Origin: Minisyncoccota bacterium
GTDB taxonomy: Bacteria; Patescibacteriota; Minisyncoccia; Phycocordibacterales; WO2-35-19
Direction: 5' to 3'
Length of the DNA stretch: 64,000 nt
NCBI GenBank assembly: GCA_036517255.1
Contig: DATDXE010000014.1
Location: forward strand, 9,994-73,993
This document shows, piece by piece, positions 1 to 10,727 of this stretch; positions within the stretch are counted from its first letter, which is position 1; every line of letters starts with the position of its first letter. Below the pieces are notes generated by a model. The model made no database searches. It was not told the DNA's origin and was given only the letters and a program-made list of their open reading frames with translations. A program made the translations under genes and the position numbers.

Positions 1-1611
1 ACCAAAAGACACTTTTCTATATACGATAGAGATGATTCAAAAAGAGCAGTACGAGAAGCTCTGAAGGAGATGGGCCTAGACAGCAAAGAGTACGAGCCGG
101 GTAAAATCCTTTCTATAATTTCAAGAGAGAAGGGTAATATGGTATCAGTAAATGAATACAAAGAGAGGGAAAGAGGAGATTATATGGGAGGAATAGTGGC
201 AGAAGCCTGGCAAAAGTACGAAAAAATTTTAAAAAAAGAAAACGCCTTCGATTTTGACGACCTACTCGCAGTGGCTGCAAAATTATTGAAAGAAAATGAA
301 ATAGTAAGAAAAAATTATGCAAAAAAGTGGCAATACATTCATGTAGATGAGTACCAAGATACAAACGAAGTGCAGTACCAAATTGCTAAGTATTTAGCCC
401 AAGAACATAGAAATATATGCTCTGTTGGCGACGGAGATCAAAATATATATTCATGGCGGGGAGCAAATATAAAAAACATATTGAACTTTGAAAAAGATTA
501 TCCTGAAGCAAAAATAGTGGTGCTAGAGGAAAACTATCGTTCGACCCAAACCATACTGGCCGTAGCCAACAGGGTAATAGAGAAAAATAAACTACGCCGC
601 AAGAAAGTGCTTTTTACTCAAAACCTAATGGGGGAAAAGATAGGTCTTTTCGAAGCTCTAGATGAAAACCACGAAGCACAATATATAGTGAATAAAATAA
701 AAACCTTAGTAAAAATAGGAACACCTTTAAACGAGGTTGCTGTTCTTTATCGAGCAAATTTTCAATCACGAGCCCTTGAAGAAGCCTGCCTAAGAGAAGG
801 ACTTCCTTATCAAGTGGTGGGAACAAGATTTTACGATAGGAAAGAAGTGAAGGATGTCCTTTCTTTTATTCGTTATGCATTGAACCCGGAAAGTACAGCT
901 GATCTGGTGCGTGTTATAAACGTGCCAGCAAGAGGCATAGGAAAAGTAACTCTTTTGAAAATAGTAGAGGGAAAAGAAAATGAACTTCCAATAAAAATAA
1001 AAGAAAGGGTTTGGCAATTTAGAAAAATAATGGAAAAAATAAAAGAAAGCGCTATGACAAAAAAACCCTCCGACACTGTAAAGTATGTGGTCGAGGCAAG
1101 CAAGATGGGAGAATCGTTAAGTAAAAGTGAAGAAGATATTGATAGACTAGAAAATTTGAAAGAATTGATTGTTTTGGCCAAAAGATATGATGAGTTGGAA
1201 GGGGAGGAGGGAATAGAGAGATTTATAGAGGACATTTCTCTGGCTTCTGACCAGGACGGTATAAAAGAGAACGAGGCGGTAAGACTAATGACGGTACACG
1301 CCTCAAAAGGACTGGAGTTCGATTGTGTATTTATATCTGGCCTTGAAGAAGGTTTGTTCCCGAGCGATAAAAATAGAAACGATAATGTGAGTGAAGAAGA
1401 GGCTGAAGAAGAAAGAAGACTATTTTATGTAGCGGTAACAAGGGCGCGCAAAAAACTCTTTTTGACCTATGCCCAAAGTCGCACTATTTTCGGTAGCCGA
1501 GGAGTAAACATACCTTCAGAATTTATATTCGATGTGGATGAGACCTTTATAGAAAGAGACTACTTAGATTTTACTCCGAGGAGAAAGCCTTTATTAGAAA
1601 TAGAATTTTAA
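1..1611 (+). CDS. UvrD/PcrA/Rep-family ATP-dependent DNA helicase, 5' end outside window (ORF open to position 1 in frame with Met at 70)
   Basis: Helicase motifs in translation: VDEYQDTN, GDGDQNIYSWRGA, LEENYRSTQTIL, VHASKGLEFDCVFISG, LFYVAVTRARKKLFL; no stop between 1 and 70 in frame. Confidence 0.8.
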   Translation, partial: TKRHFSIYDRDDSKRAVREALKEMGLDSKEYEPGKILSIISREKGNMVSVNEYKERERGDYMGGIVAEAWQKYEKILKKENAFDFDDLLAVAAKLLKENEIVRKNYAKKWQYIHVDEYQDTNEVQYQIAKYLAQEHRNICSVGDGDQNIYSWRGANIKNILNFEKDYPEAKIVVLEENYRSTQTILAVANRVIEKNKLRRKKVLFTQNLMGEKIGLFEALDENHEAQYIVNKIKTLVKIGTPLNEVAVLYRANFQSRALEEACLREGLPYQVVGTRFYDRKEVKDVLSFIRYALNPESTADLVRVINVPARGIGKVTLLKIVEGKENELPIKIKERVWQFRKIMEKIKESAMTKKPSDTVKYVVEASKMGESLSKSEEDIDRLENLKELIVLAKRYDELEGEEGIERFIEDISLASDQDGIKENEAVRLMTVHASKGLEFDCVFISGLEEGLFPSDKNRNDNVSEEEAEEERRLFYVAVTRARKKLFLTYAQSRTIFGSRGVNIPSEFIFDVDETFIERDYLDFTPRRKPLLEIEF

Positions 1612-1623
1612 TATACTAAAAAC

Positions 1624-2424
1624 ATGAGAGTAAAAAAACATTTGGGGCAAAATTTTTTAAGAGATCCTAAAATTTTAAAGAAAATCGTAGATTTTGCAGA
1701 AATCAAAAAAACAGACACTGTACTCGAAATAGGACCAGGAGAGGGTACTTTGACTAAAATTCTTTTAGAGAGAGCGGGCAGGGTAATCGCTGTGGAAAAA
1801 GATCATGAGCTAGCGGAAAAATTAAAGGAAAGATGGAAAGATTTAAAGAAGGAAAGAAAATTGGAAATATTAGAAGGAGATATATTAAAATTTCCGACTA
1901 GCATTACCAAGGGTCACCCTTGGCCTGAATCCACTTGGCCAAAGGTGACCCTTGGTAATTACAAACTCATAGGTAACATCCCTTACTACATAACTGGGGA
2001 AATATTTAGAAAATTTTTAGAGAGTGAACACCAACCTCAATCAATAACATTTGTGGTACAAAAAGAAGTGGCAGAAAGGATAATGGCTCGGGACAAGAAA
2101 GAAAGTATTTTAAGCATATCTATAAAGGCATTCGGTACTCCTGAATACGGAGGAGTAATAAAAGCGGGTTCTTTCGTACCGGCTCCTAAGGTGGATTCGG
2201 CTATCATCGCGATAAGAAACATAAGCATGGAAAAATTTAAAGAAGTAAAGATAGAAAAGTTCTTTGAAATACTTAAAAAGGGCTTCGCACATAAGAGAAA
2301 GTTACTTAAGAGTAACTTGAGTGTAGAAGATGCCGATCTACACCAATGTGGTATTCCAGTAAAAGCCAGGGCTGAAGATTTAAATATTGATGACTGGATT
2401 TGTTTGTCAAAAAGACTGATATAA
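1624..2424 (+). CDS. rsmA: 16S rRNA (adenine1518/1519-N6)-dimethyltransferase RsmA/KsgA
   Basis: GQNFL motif, EIGPGEGTLT SAM-binding motif, overall KsgA architecture. Confidence 0.8.
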   Translation: MRVKKHLGQNFLRDPKILKKIVDFAEIKKTDTVLEIGPGEGTLTKILLERAGRVIAVEKDHELAEKLKERWKDLKKERKLEILEGDILKFPTSITKGHPWPESTWPKVTLGNYKLIGNIPYYITGEIFRKFLESEHQPQSITFVVQKEVAERIMARDKKESILSISIKAFGTPEYGGVIKAGSFVPAPKVDSAIIAIRNISMEKFKEVKIEKFFEILKKGFAHKRKLLKSNLSVEDADLHQCGIPVKARAEDLNIDDWICLSKRLI

Positions 2425-2431
2425 TTAGTAA

Positions 2432-3280
2432 ATGCCGAGTCGTAAAGTCATATCACTGTTCATTGTTTGTGTTGCCTTAGTGGTATCTATTATTATTGCT
2501 TCAGGAATCAAAAGCCCATCTACTATCGCTTTAAACACAGGCCTCTTATCAAAAGGGCCAGAAATAAATTTGCCTCAAAATACAAACTGGGAAGGAGACG
2601 TTTCCGCTCTTTCCTTAGCAGAAGTTAACGTTTCCGAAATACAAAAATCCTCTACTGGCAATACAACTGACGCTATCGCAGAGTCTCTTATGTCAAATTA
2701 TCTTGCCTTGCGACAAAATGGGGAATTAAATAACGGATCAGTACAAAAATTAATAGACCAAGCATCAGATTTCAGTGACGATACTGGCGCTACAAAAAAA
2801 ACATACTCAAGTAAGGACATTGTGGTTTCGGTCGACAATAGCAAAGAAGCAACAAAAGAGTATGGCACAGCACTTGGTAATATATTAAAAATAAATAACT
2901 CTAGTCAGAAAGGTCGGGCGGAACTACAGGCGTTTAGAGAACTCACTTCAACAAAAGATATCTCAAAAGGAAAGGAATTAAAAATAATAGGTGAGGATTA
3001 CAAAAAAATAGCCCAGAGCTTTGCAAAAATTAAGGTGCCATCTTCTTACGTAGAGTCACATTTAATATTCATTAATAGCATAGAAGGCCTAGGTGGAGCT
3101 GTAAATGATATGGCTAAAGTTTTAGAAGATCCAATAAAAGGTCTTTCTGGAATCGGAATATACCAGAGCAACCTTTCGATCATGCTATTAGAGATGAATA
3201 GAATAAGGGTAAAAATATTGAAAGATGGGGTCGTTTATAAACAAGGAGAACGTGGTTATTACCTATATTACGGAATATAA
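2432..3280 (+). CDS. hypothetical membrane-anchored/secreted protein
   Basis: N-terminal hydrophobic helix then Ser/Thr/Asn-rich extracellular-like region; co-directional with downstream T4SS-like cluster. Confidence 0.4.
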   Translation: MPSRKVISLFIVCVALVVSIIIASGIKSPSTIALNTGLLSKGPEINLPQNTNWEGDVSALSLAEVNVSEIQKSSTGNTTDAIAESLMSNYLALRQNGELNNGSVQKLIDQASDFSDDTGATKKTYSSKDIVVSVDNSKEATKEYGTALGNILKINNSSQKGRAELQAFRELTSTKDISKGKELKIIGEDYKKIAQSFAKIKVPSSYVESHLIFINSIEGLGGAVNDMAKVLEDPIKGLSGIGIYQSNLSIMLLEMNRIRVKILKDGVVYKQGERGYYLYYGI

Positions 3281-3299
3281 TGAATAAGAATCAAGAAGT

Positions 3300-4583
3300 A
3301 TGAACCAAGAATCAAGAAAAATAATCGCCAATTTTTTACTTTTTTCTGTGATTGGTATATCACTTTCACCTCTTTTTACAAGAAAAGCAGAGGCTCAGTG
3401 GGTAGTATACGATCCAGCAAATTTTGCTGTCAATGCCATGACAGCGGCAAACACTACGGCCAACACATGGGGTAAAGAGTTTGGTCTAGACACCATCGCC
3501 TTCATTATCATCAACATGATAATCGAAAGAGTAGCTGCTTCCACAGTCAACTGGATAAACAGCGGCTTCCAAGGAAGCCCCGCTTTCGTTACCAACCCTG
3601 AAGCCTATTTCAAAAAAATAGGGGATCAGGTGGCAGGACAACTGATTTTTAACCACCCCGATACCCGTTTTATGTGTGCTCCGTTCAAAGCTCGGGTACA
3701 AATTGCTCTTTCCCAGGCTTACCTCAACCCATTTGGCAATTTCCAATGTTCTCTTTCGAGAGTAGTGAGAAATTTTGATAATTTTATGAATGATTTTTCC
3801 GATGGAGGATGGGAGGGATTCATCGAATTAACACAGAATAGCCAAAACAATCCTCTTGGAAGTTTTAATCAACGAATGAATCAGATCAATCTTTCAGTAG
3901 GAAACAGCCTAGGCCAAGCCAACAAAGAACTTGACTGGGGGAAAGGATTTTTGTCGTTTAGAAAACCTTGTACTAAACTGAACGAGTTTGAAAGCAGAGA
4001 GTTTTTGACTGATGAGCAGTATGACGCACTACCATGTTTGGACAGCCCACCGATCGAAACACCGGGGAGTGTAGTCGAAAGCCAACTCAATCAAACCCTT
4101 CAGATTGGTAATAGTAGGCTACAGGTGGCAGATGAAATAAATGAAATAATAAGCGCTCTTTTGAACCAACTTGTGGGCAAGGCTTTGGGAGGATTACTTT
4201 CACTCGGCAAACCTGACCCCTCAAATGCAAATAGCCAAAGTTATCTAGAACAACTGCAAACAGCGACAGAAAACAACGATGCCGACCCTTATTACAATAC
4301 GAGTAACAACAATAGGATAAGAGATCTAAGCACAAATATAGAAAACCAGACAACGAACCTTGGAAATTCACTCGACTCAGCAGAAGATATCGGAAATTCT
4401 GTTTTCGGAGGAAATTATGTTCCCCCACCTGACACAAGCGGTTTCGGCGCAGGAACTGGTGAGACCGGGGGAAATGGAGGGTCGGGTAACACTGTCACTC
4501 TGCCTGACGGCACGGTAGTAAATTGTGCTAGCCCACAAACAGAGCCTGGTCTTGCGGCCTGCATAAGCGCAGGAAAGATATAA
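3300..4583 (+). CDS. hypothetical secreted protein, first gene of T4SS-like cluster
   Basis: Signal peptide-like N-terminus (LLFSVIGISLSPLFTRKAEAQ), Gly/Asn-rich C-terminus, translationally coupled to downstream VirB6-like gene. Confidence 0.45.
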   Translation: MNQESRKIIANFLLFSVIGISLSPLFTRKAEAQWVVYDPANFAVNAMTAANTTANTWGKEFGLDTIAFIIINMIIERVAASTVNWINSGFQGSPAFVTNPEAYFKKIGDQVAGQLIFNHPDTRFMCAPFKARVQIALSQAYLNPFGNFQCSLSRVVRNFDNFMNDFSDGGWEGFIELTQNSQNNPLGSFNQRMNQINLSVGNSLGQANKELDWGKGFLSFRKPCTKLNEFESREFLTDEQYDALPCLDSPPIETPGSVVESQLNQTLQIGNSRLQVADEINEIISALLNQLVGKALGGLLSLGKPDPSNANSQSYLEQLQTATENNDADPYYNTSNNNRIRDLSTNIENQTTNLGNSLDSAEDIGNSVFGGNYVPPPDTSGFGAGTGETGGNGGSGNTVTLPDGTVVNCASPQTEPGLAACISAGKI

Positions 4584-4586
4584 AAG

Positions 4587-6848
4587 ATGTCAAAAAAACT
4601 GATTACAATTTTGTTCCTGACACTAACACTAGGAGTATCTTTTTCTCCAATGTTTTCGAATAATGTTACTGCACAACTTACTGAAGAACAGCAGGCAATT
4701 CTGGAAAGGGCTGGAAGATCAGAAAGAGGGCAGCTAACTCAGGAAGAGTCAGCAGATCTAGAAAGTTTGTCGGCCAGAGGTAATTCTAGCTGCGATCTAT
4801 TACTTAATTTTAATGCCTGCGTAAAACAATTTTTAAGTGGATTAGCAGAGCTCCTGCTTACAATCGGAGCTTTGATACTTGCACTAGCTGGAAATATTTT
4901 TAATCTCGTCTTGAGCTTTACCATAGTAGAGTTTGCGGGCCAGATAAATAACGCAGAGGGACTAGGCGGAGCTATAAATAGCGCCTGGAGCACACTAAGA
5001 GACATCGGAAATATTATTTTCATTTTCGTACTCCTCTGGGCAGGCATACAAACTATCCTTGATATTGGTGGGGATTTGAAAAAAACAATAGTAAACATAA
5101 TACTTATCGGCCTTATAGTAAACTTCAGCCTTTTCATTACCAAAGTAGTAATAGATACCTCCAATATTGCGGCAGTCGGATTTTATAATTCGATCATGAA
5201 TAGCGGAGAGGCTGGAAGAACAGTACCGACAATAACATTGGCCGGAATAGATTTTGAAACAAGAGATTTTGCTGGAGTTTTTCTTCGTTTTACCGGAGTT
5301 CAGAGTTTTTTTAAAGCAGATATTCTAACTGGGGCAAATGATGACATATGGGGGAAAAAACCTTTCGTCACCGGCATACTGGGCATGATAACCATGATAG
5401 TCATGGCTATAGTTCTTTTTGTCGCAGCCATTATGTTCCTGGCAAGATTTATCATACTTCTATTCCTGATGATTTTGTCCCCTGTGGCTTTTATTGCTTT
5501 CATATTGCCAGCAATGAGAGGCAAGTTTAAAGAATGGTGGGACACACTAATAAGCCAGGCGTTTTTTGCACCATATTTTATGATCCTGATTTGGGTAGCA
5601 TTCAAAGTAATGGCTGGAGCAAGTGGAGCAATAGGAACACGAGAACAGAGCTTTGCTGGTATAGCCAATTCACCTTTTAGTGCCATCGGCCTTGTGTTCA
5701 ATTTTGCTTTAGTCATGGGCCTCACCATCATGGCCCTGGTCCTCTCCAAACAACTAGCCGGCAAAACCAAAGGCTTTGGAGCTGTTGCGGGATTTGTGGG
5801 TGGAGCCACTATCGGTGTCGCAGGCATGGCCGCAAGACAAACTGTGGGTAGGGGATCAAGAATGTTGTTAGACAGTAAATACAAAGACAGATTAGCAAAA
5901 ACATCATACGGAAGAGGTGCGTTGTGGATTGCGAATAAAGGACAAAAATCAAGTTTCGATGTAAGAGGAATTTCTGACTCTAAACTAGGGAAGGCAACTG
6001 GAGCTAAAAACTTACTCGGTGGGATAGGAGATATGAGTGGTAAAGATGGCTACAAAAAAGCTGTGGAGGATAATGCAAAAGCAAAAGCTCAATATGCTAA
6101 AGATGTTTATGGTTCCACAGCACAAGAAGAAAAAGCTCATAAAGACGCAAAAGAAAAAACTAAAGAAACAAAAGAAACTTCGGCAGAATCATACAAGAAT
6201 GCTAAAGGTAAAGAAAAGAGCGAGGCTCAAAATAGTGTGAACGAAGCAGAAAACAATAAGAAAAAAATAGAAATACTAGTAAAAGAAAAGAGAGAAGCTC
6301 ATGAAAAATTAGGAGTTGTAGCTGGTAGCCCTGCCGAAATAGCGGCAAAGAAAGAACTGGACGAAGCAAATGTAAAACTTGCCGAAGCTGAAACAAAACG
6401 AGCGGAAGAAATGGAAAAGAAAACTAAAATAGACGAAGGTAATTATTCTGACGCGACAAAGGAACTCGGAAAAGTAGCAGAAGAAGCTGAAAAAGCATGG
6501 AAAAATCTCAAGTCAGCAGGGGAAGCAAGAATGCGAGAATTTGCCGATAGAGTAGAAAAGAAAAACAAAATAATGGGTAGAGCCGCTATGGGAGGAATAA
6601 TAGGAGGAGTAGCGGCCGGACCACTTGGAGCTGCAATAGGAGCTGCCCTTGGAGGAGTGGTGGGAGCTGCAATCAAACAAGGGGTACGAGGCAACATAGA
6701 GGCGGCAAGAGCAATTAGAAAGGCGGCGGGAGGTAAAACAGAAGAAGAAGAGGCGGCAGAGATTTTGAAAAAATTGGATAAGAAAAAGAAAGAGGCAGAA
6801 GGAAAAAGTGATGAAGATAAAGGTGAGGCAAAACCTAAAGAAAGTTAA
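4587..6848 (+). CDS. VirB6/TrbL-like polytopic membrane protein with long Lys/Glu-rich coiled-coil and glycine-zipper C-terminus
   Basis: Signal peptide plus at least 6 predicted TM helices in first 400 aa, charged KEKE repeats, GGIIGGVAAGPLGAAIGAALGGVVGAAI glycine zipper; position in cluster with VirB4. Confidence 0.45.
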   Translation: MSKKLITILFLTLTLGVSFSPMFSNNVTAQLTEEQQAILERAGRSERGQLTQEESADLESLSARGNSSCDLLLNFNACVKQFLSGLAELLLTIGALILALAGNIFNLVLSFTIVEFAGQINNAEGLGGAINSAWSTLRDIGNIIFIFVLLWAGIQTILDIGGDLKKTIVNIILIGLIVNFSLFITKVVIDTSNIAAVGFYNSIMNSGEAGRTVPTITLAGIDFETRDFAGVFLRFTGVQSFFKADILTGANDDIWGKKPFVTGILGMITMIVMAIVLFVAAIMFLARFIILLFLMILSPVAFIAFILPAMRGKFKEWWDTLISQAFFAPYFMILIWVAFKVMAGASGAIGTREQSFAGIANSPFSAIGLVFNFALVMGLTIMALVLSKQLAGKTKGFGAVAGFVGGATIGVAGMAARQTVGRGSRMLLDSKYKDRLAKTSYGRGALWIANKGQKSSFDVRGISDSKLGKATGAKNLLGGIGDMSGKDGYKKAVEDNAKAKAQYAKDVYGSTAQEEKAHKDAKEKTKETKETSAESYKNAKGKEKSEAQNSVNEAENNKKKIEILVKEKREAHEKLGVVAGSPAEIAAKKELDEANVKLAEAETKRAEEMEKKTKIDEGNYSDATKELGKVAEEAEKAWKNLKSAGEARMREFADRVEKKNKIMGRAAMGGIIGGVAAGPLGAAIGAALGGVVGAAIKQGVRGNIEAARAIRKAAGGKTEEEEAAEILKKLDKKKKEAEGKSDEDKGEAKPKES

Positions 6849-6851
6849 AGC

Positions 6852-7376
6852 ATGAACAGCGAAACAGAAAAAATAATAGAGGAGCGCTTTACTCAACTAC
6901 CTAATACTTTGAGTGATTTTGTGGCAAATAAGGATTGGCGATCTACGGTAAATAGGATTGGGGAACAGAGTGGAATATCAGAAGAAAAATTACTGAAGTT
7001 ACGAAATGAGGTATTTATGGTATTACTCTGTTTCGAAAATTGGCAAGATTTAAAAAAAAATATAGTCGACAACCTTTTAATTGAAGATAGCACCGCACGC
7101 AAAATTACTGATTCCATAAATGGTTCAATTTTAGGTTCAGTCATGAAAGAAATTAAATCAGTTTGGGCTGAAATTCAAAAAGAACCTACGGAAGTAAAAT
7201 CCTACGACTCGTTTGAACAGACTATATTGAGACAAGCGCAGGCGATGAGGCCGATAGGGGAGAGAATCATGAATCAAGAGGCTAGTATCAAGAATGGGAC
7301 AGAAGAACAACAAAGAAGAGAGTTGCCAAAGCAATATGTTGGGAACAACGACCCGTATAGGGAATCGATCGAGTAA
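6852..7376 (+). CDS. hypothetical protein
   Basis: ORF immediately coupled to upstream gene; no recognisable motif. Confidence 0.35.
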   Translation: MNSETEKIIEERFTQLPNTLSDFVANKDWRSTVNRIGEQSGISEEKLLKLRNEVFMVLLCFENWQDLKKNIVDNLLIEDSTARKITDSINGSILGSVMKEIKSVWAEIQKEPTEVKSYDSFEQTILRQAQAMRPIGERIMNQEASIKNGTEEQQRRELPKQYVGNNDPYRESIE

Positions 7377-7764
7377 TTATGCTATAATTATAGATGTAGA
7401 AGATGATTTTAAACAAGGAACAAATCGATACTACATCAAAGTATTTTTCTGATATTTCTAAAGTTCTTTTTGCTTCTATTGTCATCGGGTACTTCATCCA
7501 TTCAGAATCTGTTAGTGTAACCTTACCAGCTTTTGTTTTCGGATCTATTATTAGTGTGGCGTCATTCCTCTTCAGTATAAAAATGTTAAGCCATAACAAA
7601 TAATCATGAACTTACTTACCATATACATAGTGATAGGAATTATTTTGACAATTATTTTTATAATCGCCATGAAGGCTAAAAAATAGTATGGAACTAAACT
7701 ATATAATTGCCTCTGCTGTAGTCATAATTATGTTGCTTGTAGGTTTCTTTTATAAAGGAGGGCA

Positions 7765-8187
7765 CTAGGCTCCAGAGGTTTTATCGTTTTCTTCGGCTTT
7801 GCGAACATCGAGGCTCCAGGTCAGGTCTTTCAATTTACTATTTGAAAGATGAGGAACTAGAAGCTCTACAGGAGTAGAAGGAGCTATTTTGTTTTCATTT
7901 TCTTTTTTAGGTATTTTCTTCCAAATATAAAGCTTTTCACCAAAAAAATATCGAATCATAGCTTCAAGTTGTAAAACGAAAGGTTGATTGTTGGGCTTAT
8001 AAAAGGCCAGGGCAATAGAGAGAGCAATAAAAGGAGCGGCTAAGACAAAAGCCAGGAATTTCGGAAGTAAGGTAATGAAGACAACTAGGACACCCACCCC
8101 TCCAGCAAGATAAACAAATTGCTTGATGGTAAGAGGGCCAAAAATTTTATCTTCAACATCGATAAATTGGGGCACTTGGAATCGCAT
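7765..8187 (-). CDS. PrgI/VirB3-like small membrane protein of T4SS
   Basis: N-terminus MRFQVPQFIDVEDKIFGPLTIKQFVYLAGG matches PrgI-family signature (QVP..EDKI.G.LT.RQ..YL) followed by two TM helices. Confidence 0.55.
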   Translation of the reverse strand: MRFQVPQFIDVEDKIFGPLTIKQFVYLAGGVGVLVVFITLLPKFLAFVLAAPFIALSIALAFYKPNNQPFVLQLEAMIRYFFGEKLYIWKKIPKKENENKIAPSTPVELLVPHLSNSKLKDLTWSLDVRKAEENDKTSGA

Positions 8188-8223
8188 ATAACAATTATAC
8201 TAACATGTGATAAAATTTAATAC

Positions 8224-8859
8224 ATGCCAGCTGTCAAAAGCAATGCGACTCAAAACTTCGTACCTATAGAGGACATCCGGGAAGGGGTCATCACGCTAAA
8301 CAATGGGGGAATGGTGGCCATTGTCATGGCTTCTTCTCTAAATTTTTCCCTTAAATCAAATGATGAAAGGCAGGCCATATTGCTCCAGTTTCAAGATTTC
8401 TTAAATTCCCTCGATTTTTCAGTCCAAATTTTTATCGAGTCGCGCAGACTCGACATCAGACCTTACATCGCTCTCCTTGAGGAAAGGTATAAGGCCCAAA
8501 CAAACGACCTGATGAAAATACAAACGGAGCAATACATAAATTTTATAAAGAATTTTACCGAATCGACCAGTATTATGACTAAAAACTTTTTTATCGTCGT
8601 ACCTTATGGCGCAGCTATAGTGAACACTTCCCAAAGTATATTCAGTTTCTTTGGAAGCAGTGGTAAAAATGAAAAGGAAAAATCAGAGAGTGCTTTCAAA
8701 GAAAATAAAATCCAGCTAGAACAAAGGATATCGGTAGTGGAACAGGGACTGGTACGCTGTGGCATAAGAGTAGCCAGACTCGGAAACGAAGAAGTGGTCG
8801 AATTATTTTATAAAATATTCAATCCAGGCGAAACGGAAAAGCCTATCAAAACTGGCTAG
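8224..8859 (+). CDS. hypothetical protein upstream of VirB4
   Basis: ORF ending 7 nt before virB4-like start; no motif recognised. Confidence 0.35.
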   Translation: MPAVKSNATQNFVPIEDIREGVITLNNGGMVAIVMASSLNFSLKSNDERQAILLQFQDFLNSLDFSVQIFIESRRLDIRPYIALLEERYKAQTNDLMKIQTEQYINFIKNFTESTSIMTKNFFIVVPYGAAIVNTSQSIFSFFGSSGKNEKEKSESAFKENKIQLEQRISVVEQGLVRCGIRVARLGNEEVVELFYKIFNPGETEKPIKTG

Positions 8860-8865
8860 CCAGTT

Positions 8866-10713
8866 TTGATCAGAATAAAGAATTACGAATCAATGTTTGA
8901 TTTTTTAAAGAAAAAACAAGGGGAGAGAGAAGAAGTATCGACATCGATACTGCCGTCGGGAGTATACGAGGCTTCTTCATTGGAGCTGAGAGACGTAATA
9001 GCCCCGAGTGCTCTCAAAGTTACTCCTAAAGAACTATCTTTGGGAGAAAAAATAGTGAGAAGTTTCTTTGTCATTTCCTACCCACGATTTCTGGGGGAGG
9101 ACTGGTTTTCACCAATCATAAACCTTGATCGAGTATTCGATATTTCTATATTCGTCCACCCGCTCGAAACATCAAAAATACTTCGCTCATTTCAAAAAAA
9201 GGTAGCTGAAGTACAAAGCCAGATACGAAGCAGGGAAGAAAAAGGCCTAGTGCGTGACCCAATGCTCGACACTGCCTATCAGGACCTAGAGAGCCTGCGC
9301 GATCAGCTACAGCAAGCCCAGGAAAAGATGTTTGACGTGGGAGTATACATATCGATATACGCCGATTCGTCGGACGAGTTGGATAAAATAGAGTCAGAAA
9401 TGAAATCGATACTCGAATCAAAGTTGGTATATGTAAAACCAGCTCTTTTCCAACAGGAACAAGGTTTCCGAAGTGTATTACCTATAGGGAGCGATGAACT
9501 TTTAGTACACTCAAAATTAAACTCCACTCCACTTTCATCACTCTTTCCTTTTATTTCCTTCGATCTCACCTCGGATAAGGGCATACTATACGGAATCAAT
9601 CGCCACAACTCATCCCTAGTGCTCTTCGATCGCTTCTCTCTGGAAAATTATAATTCGGTCATATTCGCAAAATCAGGTTCCGGTAAGTCATATATGACTA
9701 AACTGGAAATTTTGAGAACTCTCATGTTCGACGCTGATGTCATAGTGCTCGACCCGGAAAGAGAATACGAATATATGGCCGAAGCTGTAGGAGGCAGGTA
9801 TTTCAACATATCTTTAAACTCCGACCACCACATAAACCCATTTGAATTACCGATACCAGCTGAAGATGAGTCAAGTGCTTCCGTACTTCGATCGAACATC
9901 ATAAACCTGGTAGGTCTTTTCAGAATCATGCTAGGAGGCCTCACGGCCGAGGAAGATGCTTTGATCGATAGAGCCATCACCGAAACATATGCACTGAAAG
10001 ATATCACTCCCGATTCTGATTTCAGATCGGTGGAGCCACCACTCCTTTCTGACTTTGAGCTAGTGCTCGGCGGTATGGAAGGAGGTGAGTCGCTTGCCCA
10101 GAGAATTTCAAAATATACAAAAGGTACCTGGTCAAACTTCATCAATAAACCATCGAATGTCGATATAAACAAAAAATTTATCGTTTTCTCTCTGCGTGAC
10201 ATGGAAGACGAGCTGAAACCGGTAGCTATGTACATCGTCACTCACTACATATGGAACGCCGTGCGCAGAGATATAAAGAAGAGACTCTTGGTAATCGACG
10301 AAGCTTGGTGGATGATGAAAAGTGACGATACGGCTTCTTTCCTACTCAGTATGGCAAAAAGAGGTAGGAAATATTACCTGGGGCTTGCCACTATCACTCA
10401 AGACGTGGACGACTTTCTCAAGTCGCCTTACGGTATGCCCATTGTAACCAACTCATCTATACAGGTGCTCCTGAAGCAGTCAGCCACCTCAATGGATCGC
10501 CTGCAAGAAGTATTTAACCTCACTGATGAAGAAAAATACTTGCTTCTGGAGTCAGGAGTAGGGGAAGGCATATTCTTTGCCGGCTTGAAGCATGTAGCTA
10601 TAAAAATAATCGCCTCGTACACGGAAGATCAAATAATAACCTCTGATCCTTCTCAAATACTTGCCATCAAGAAGGCGAAAAAGGAATTGGAAGAAGCGGG
10701 GACAACAAAGTAA
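8866..10713 (+). CDS. virB4: VirB4/TrbE/CagE-family type IV secretion ATPase
   Basis: Walker A FAKSGSGKSYMTK, Walker B LLVIDEAWWMM, C-terminal KRGRKYYLGLATITQDVDDF typical of VirB4. Confidence 0.85.
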   Translation: MIRIKNYESMFDFLKKKQGEREEVSTSILPSGVYEASSLELRDVIAPSALKVTPKELSLGEKIVRSFFVISYPRFLGEDWFSPIINLDRVFDISIFVHPLETSKILRSFQKKVAEVQSQIRSREEKGLVRDPMLDTAYQDLESLRDQLQQAQEKMFDVGVYISIYADSSDELDKIESEMKSILESKLVYVKPALFQQEQGFRSVLPIGSDELLVHSKLNSTPLSSLFPFISFDLTSDKGILYGINRHNSSLVLFDRFSLENYNSVIFAKSGSGKSYMTKLEILRTLMFDADVIVLDPEREYEYMAEAVGGRYFNISLNSDHHINPFELPIPAEDESSASVLRSNIINLVGLFRIMLGGLTAEEDALIDRAITETYALKDITPDSDFRSVEPPLLSDFELVLGGMEGGESLAQRISKYTKGTWSNFINKPSNVDINKKFIVFSLRDMEDELKPVAMYIVTHYIWNAVRRDIKKRLLVIDEAWWMMKSDDTASFLLSMAKRGRKYYLGLATITQDVDDFLKSPYGMPIVTNSSIQVLLKQSATSMDRLQEVFNLTDEEKYLLLESGVGEGIFFAGLKHVAIKIIASYTEDQIITSDPSQILAIKKAKKELEEAGTTK

Positions 10714-10727
10714 ACTGACTAAAATAA

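Noticed and set aside
113-1235. Minus-strand ORFs 113-364, 614-826, 790-1017, 873-1235
   Set aside because: Antisense to the well-supported helicase gene; AT-rich low-complexity translations.
7052-7060. A9 homopolymer inside CDS 6852-7376
   Set aside because: Poly-A runs of this length are expected in a roughly 38% GC genome. Not flagged as phase-variable without further evidence.
7607-7768. Two very small hydrophobic ORFs (26 and 27 aa) between 7603 and 7765
   Set aside because: Plausible mini-membrane peptides in the T4SS-like cluster, but too short to support from sequence alone.
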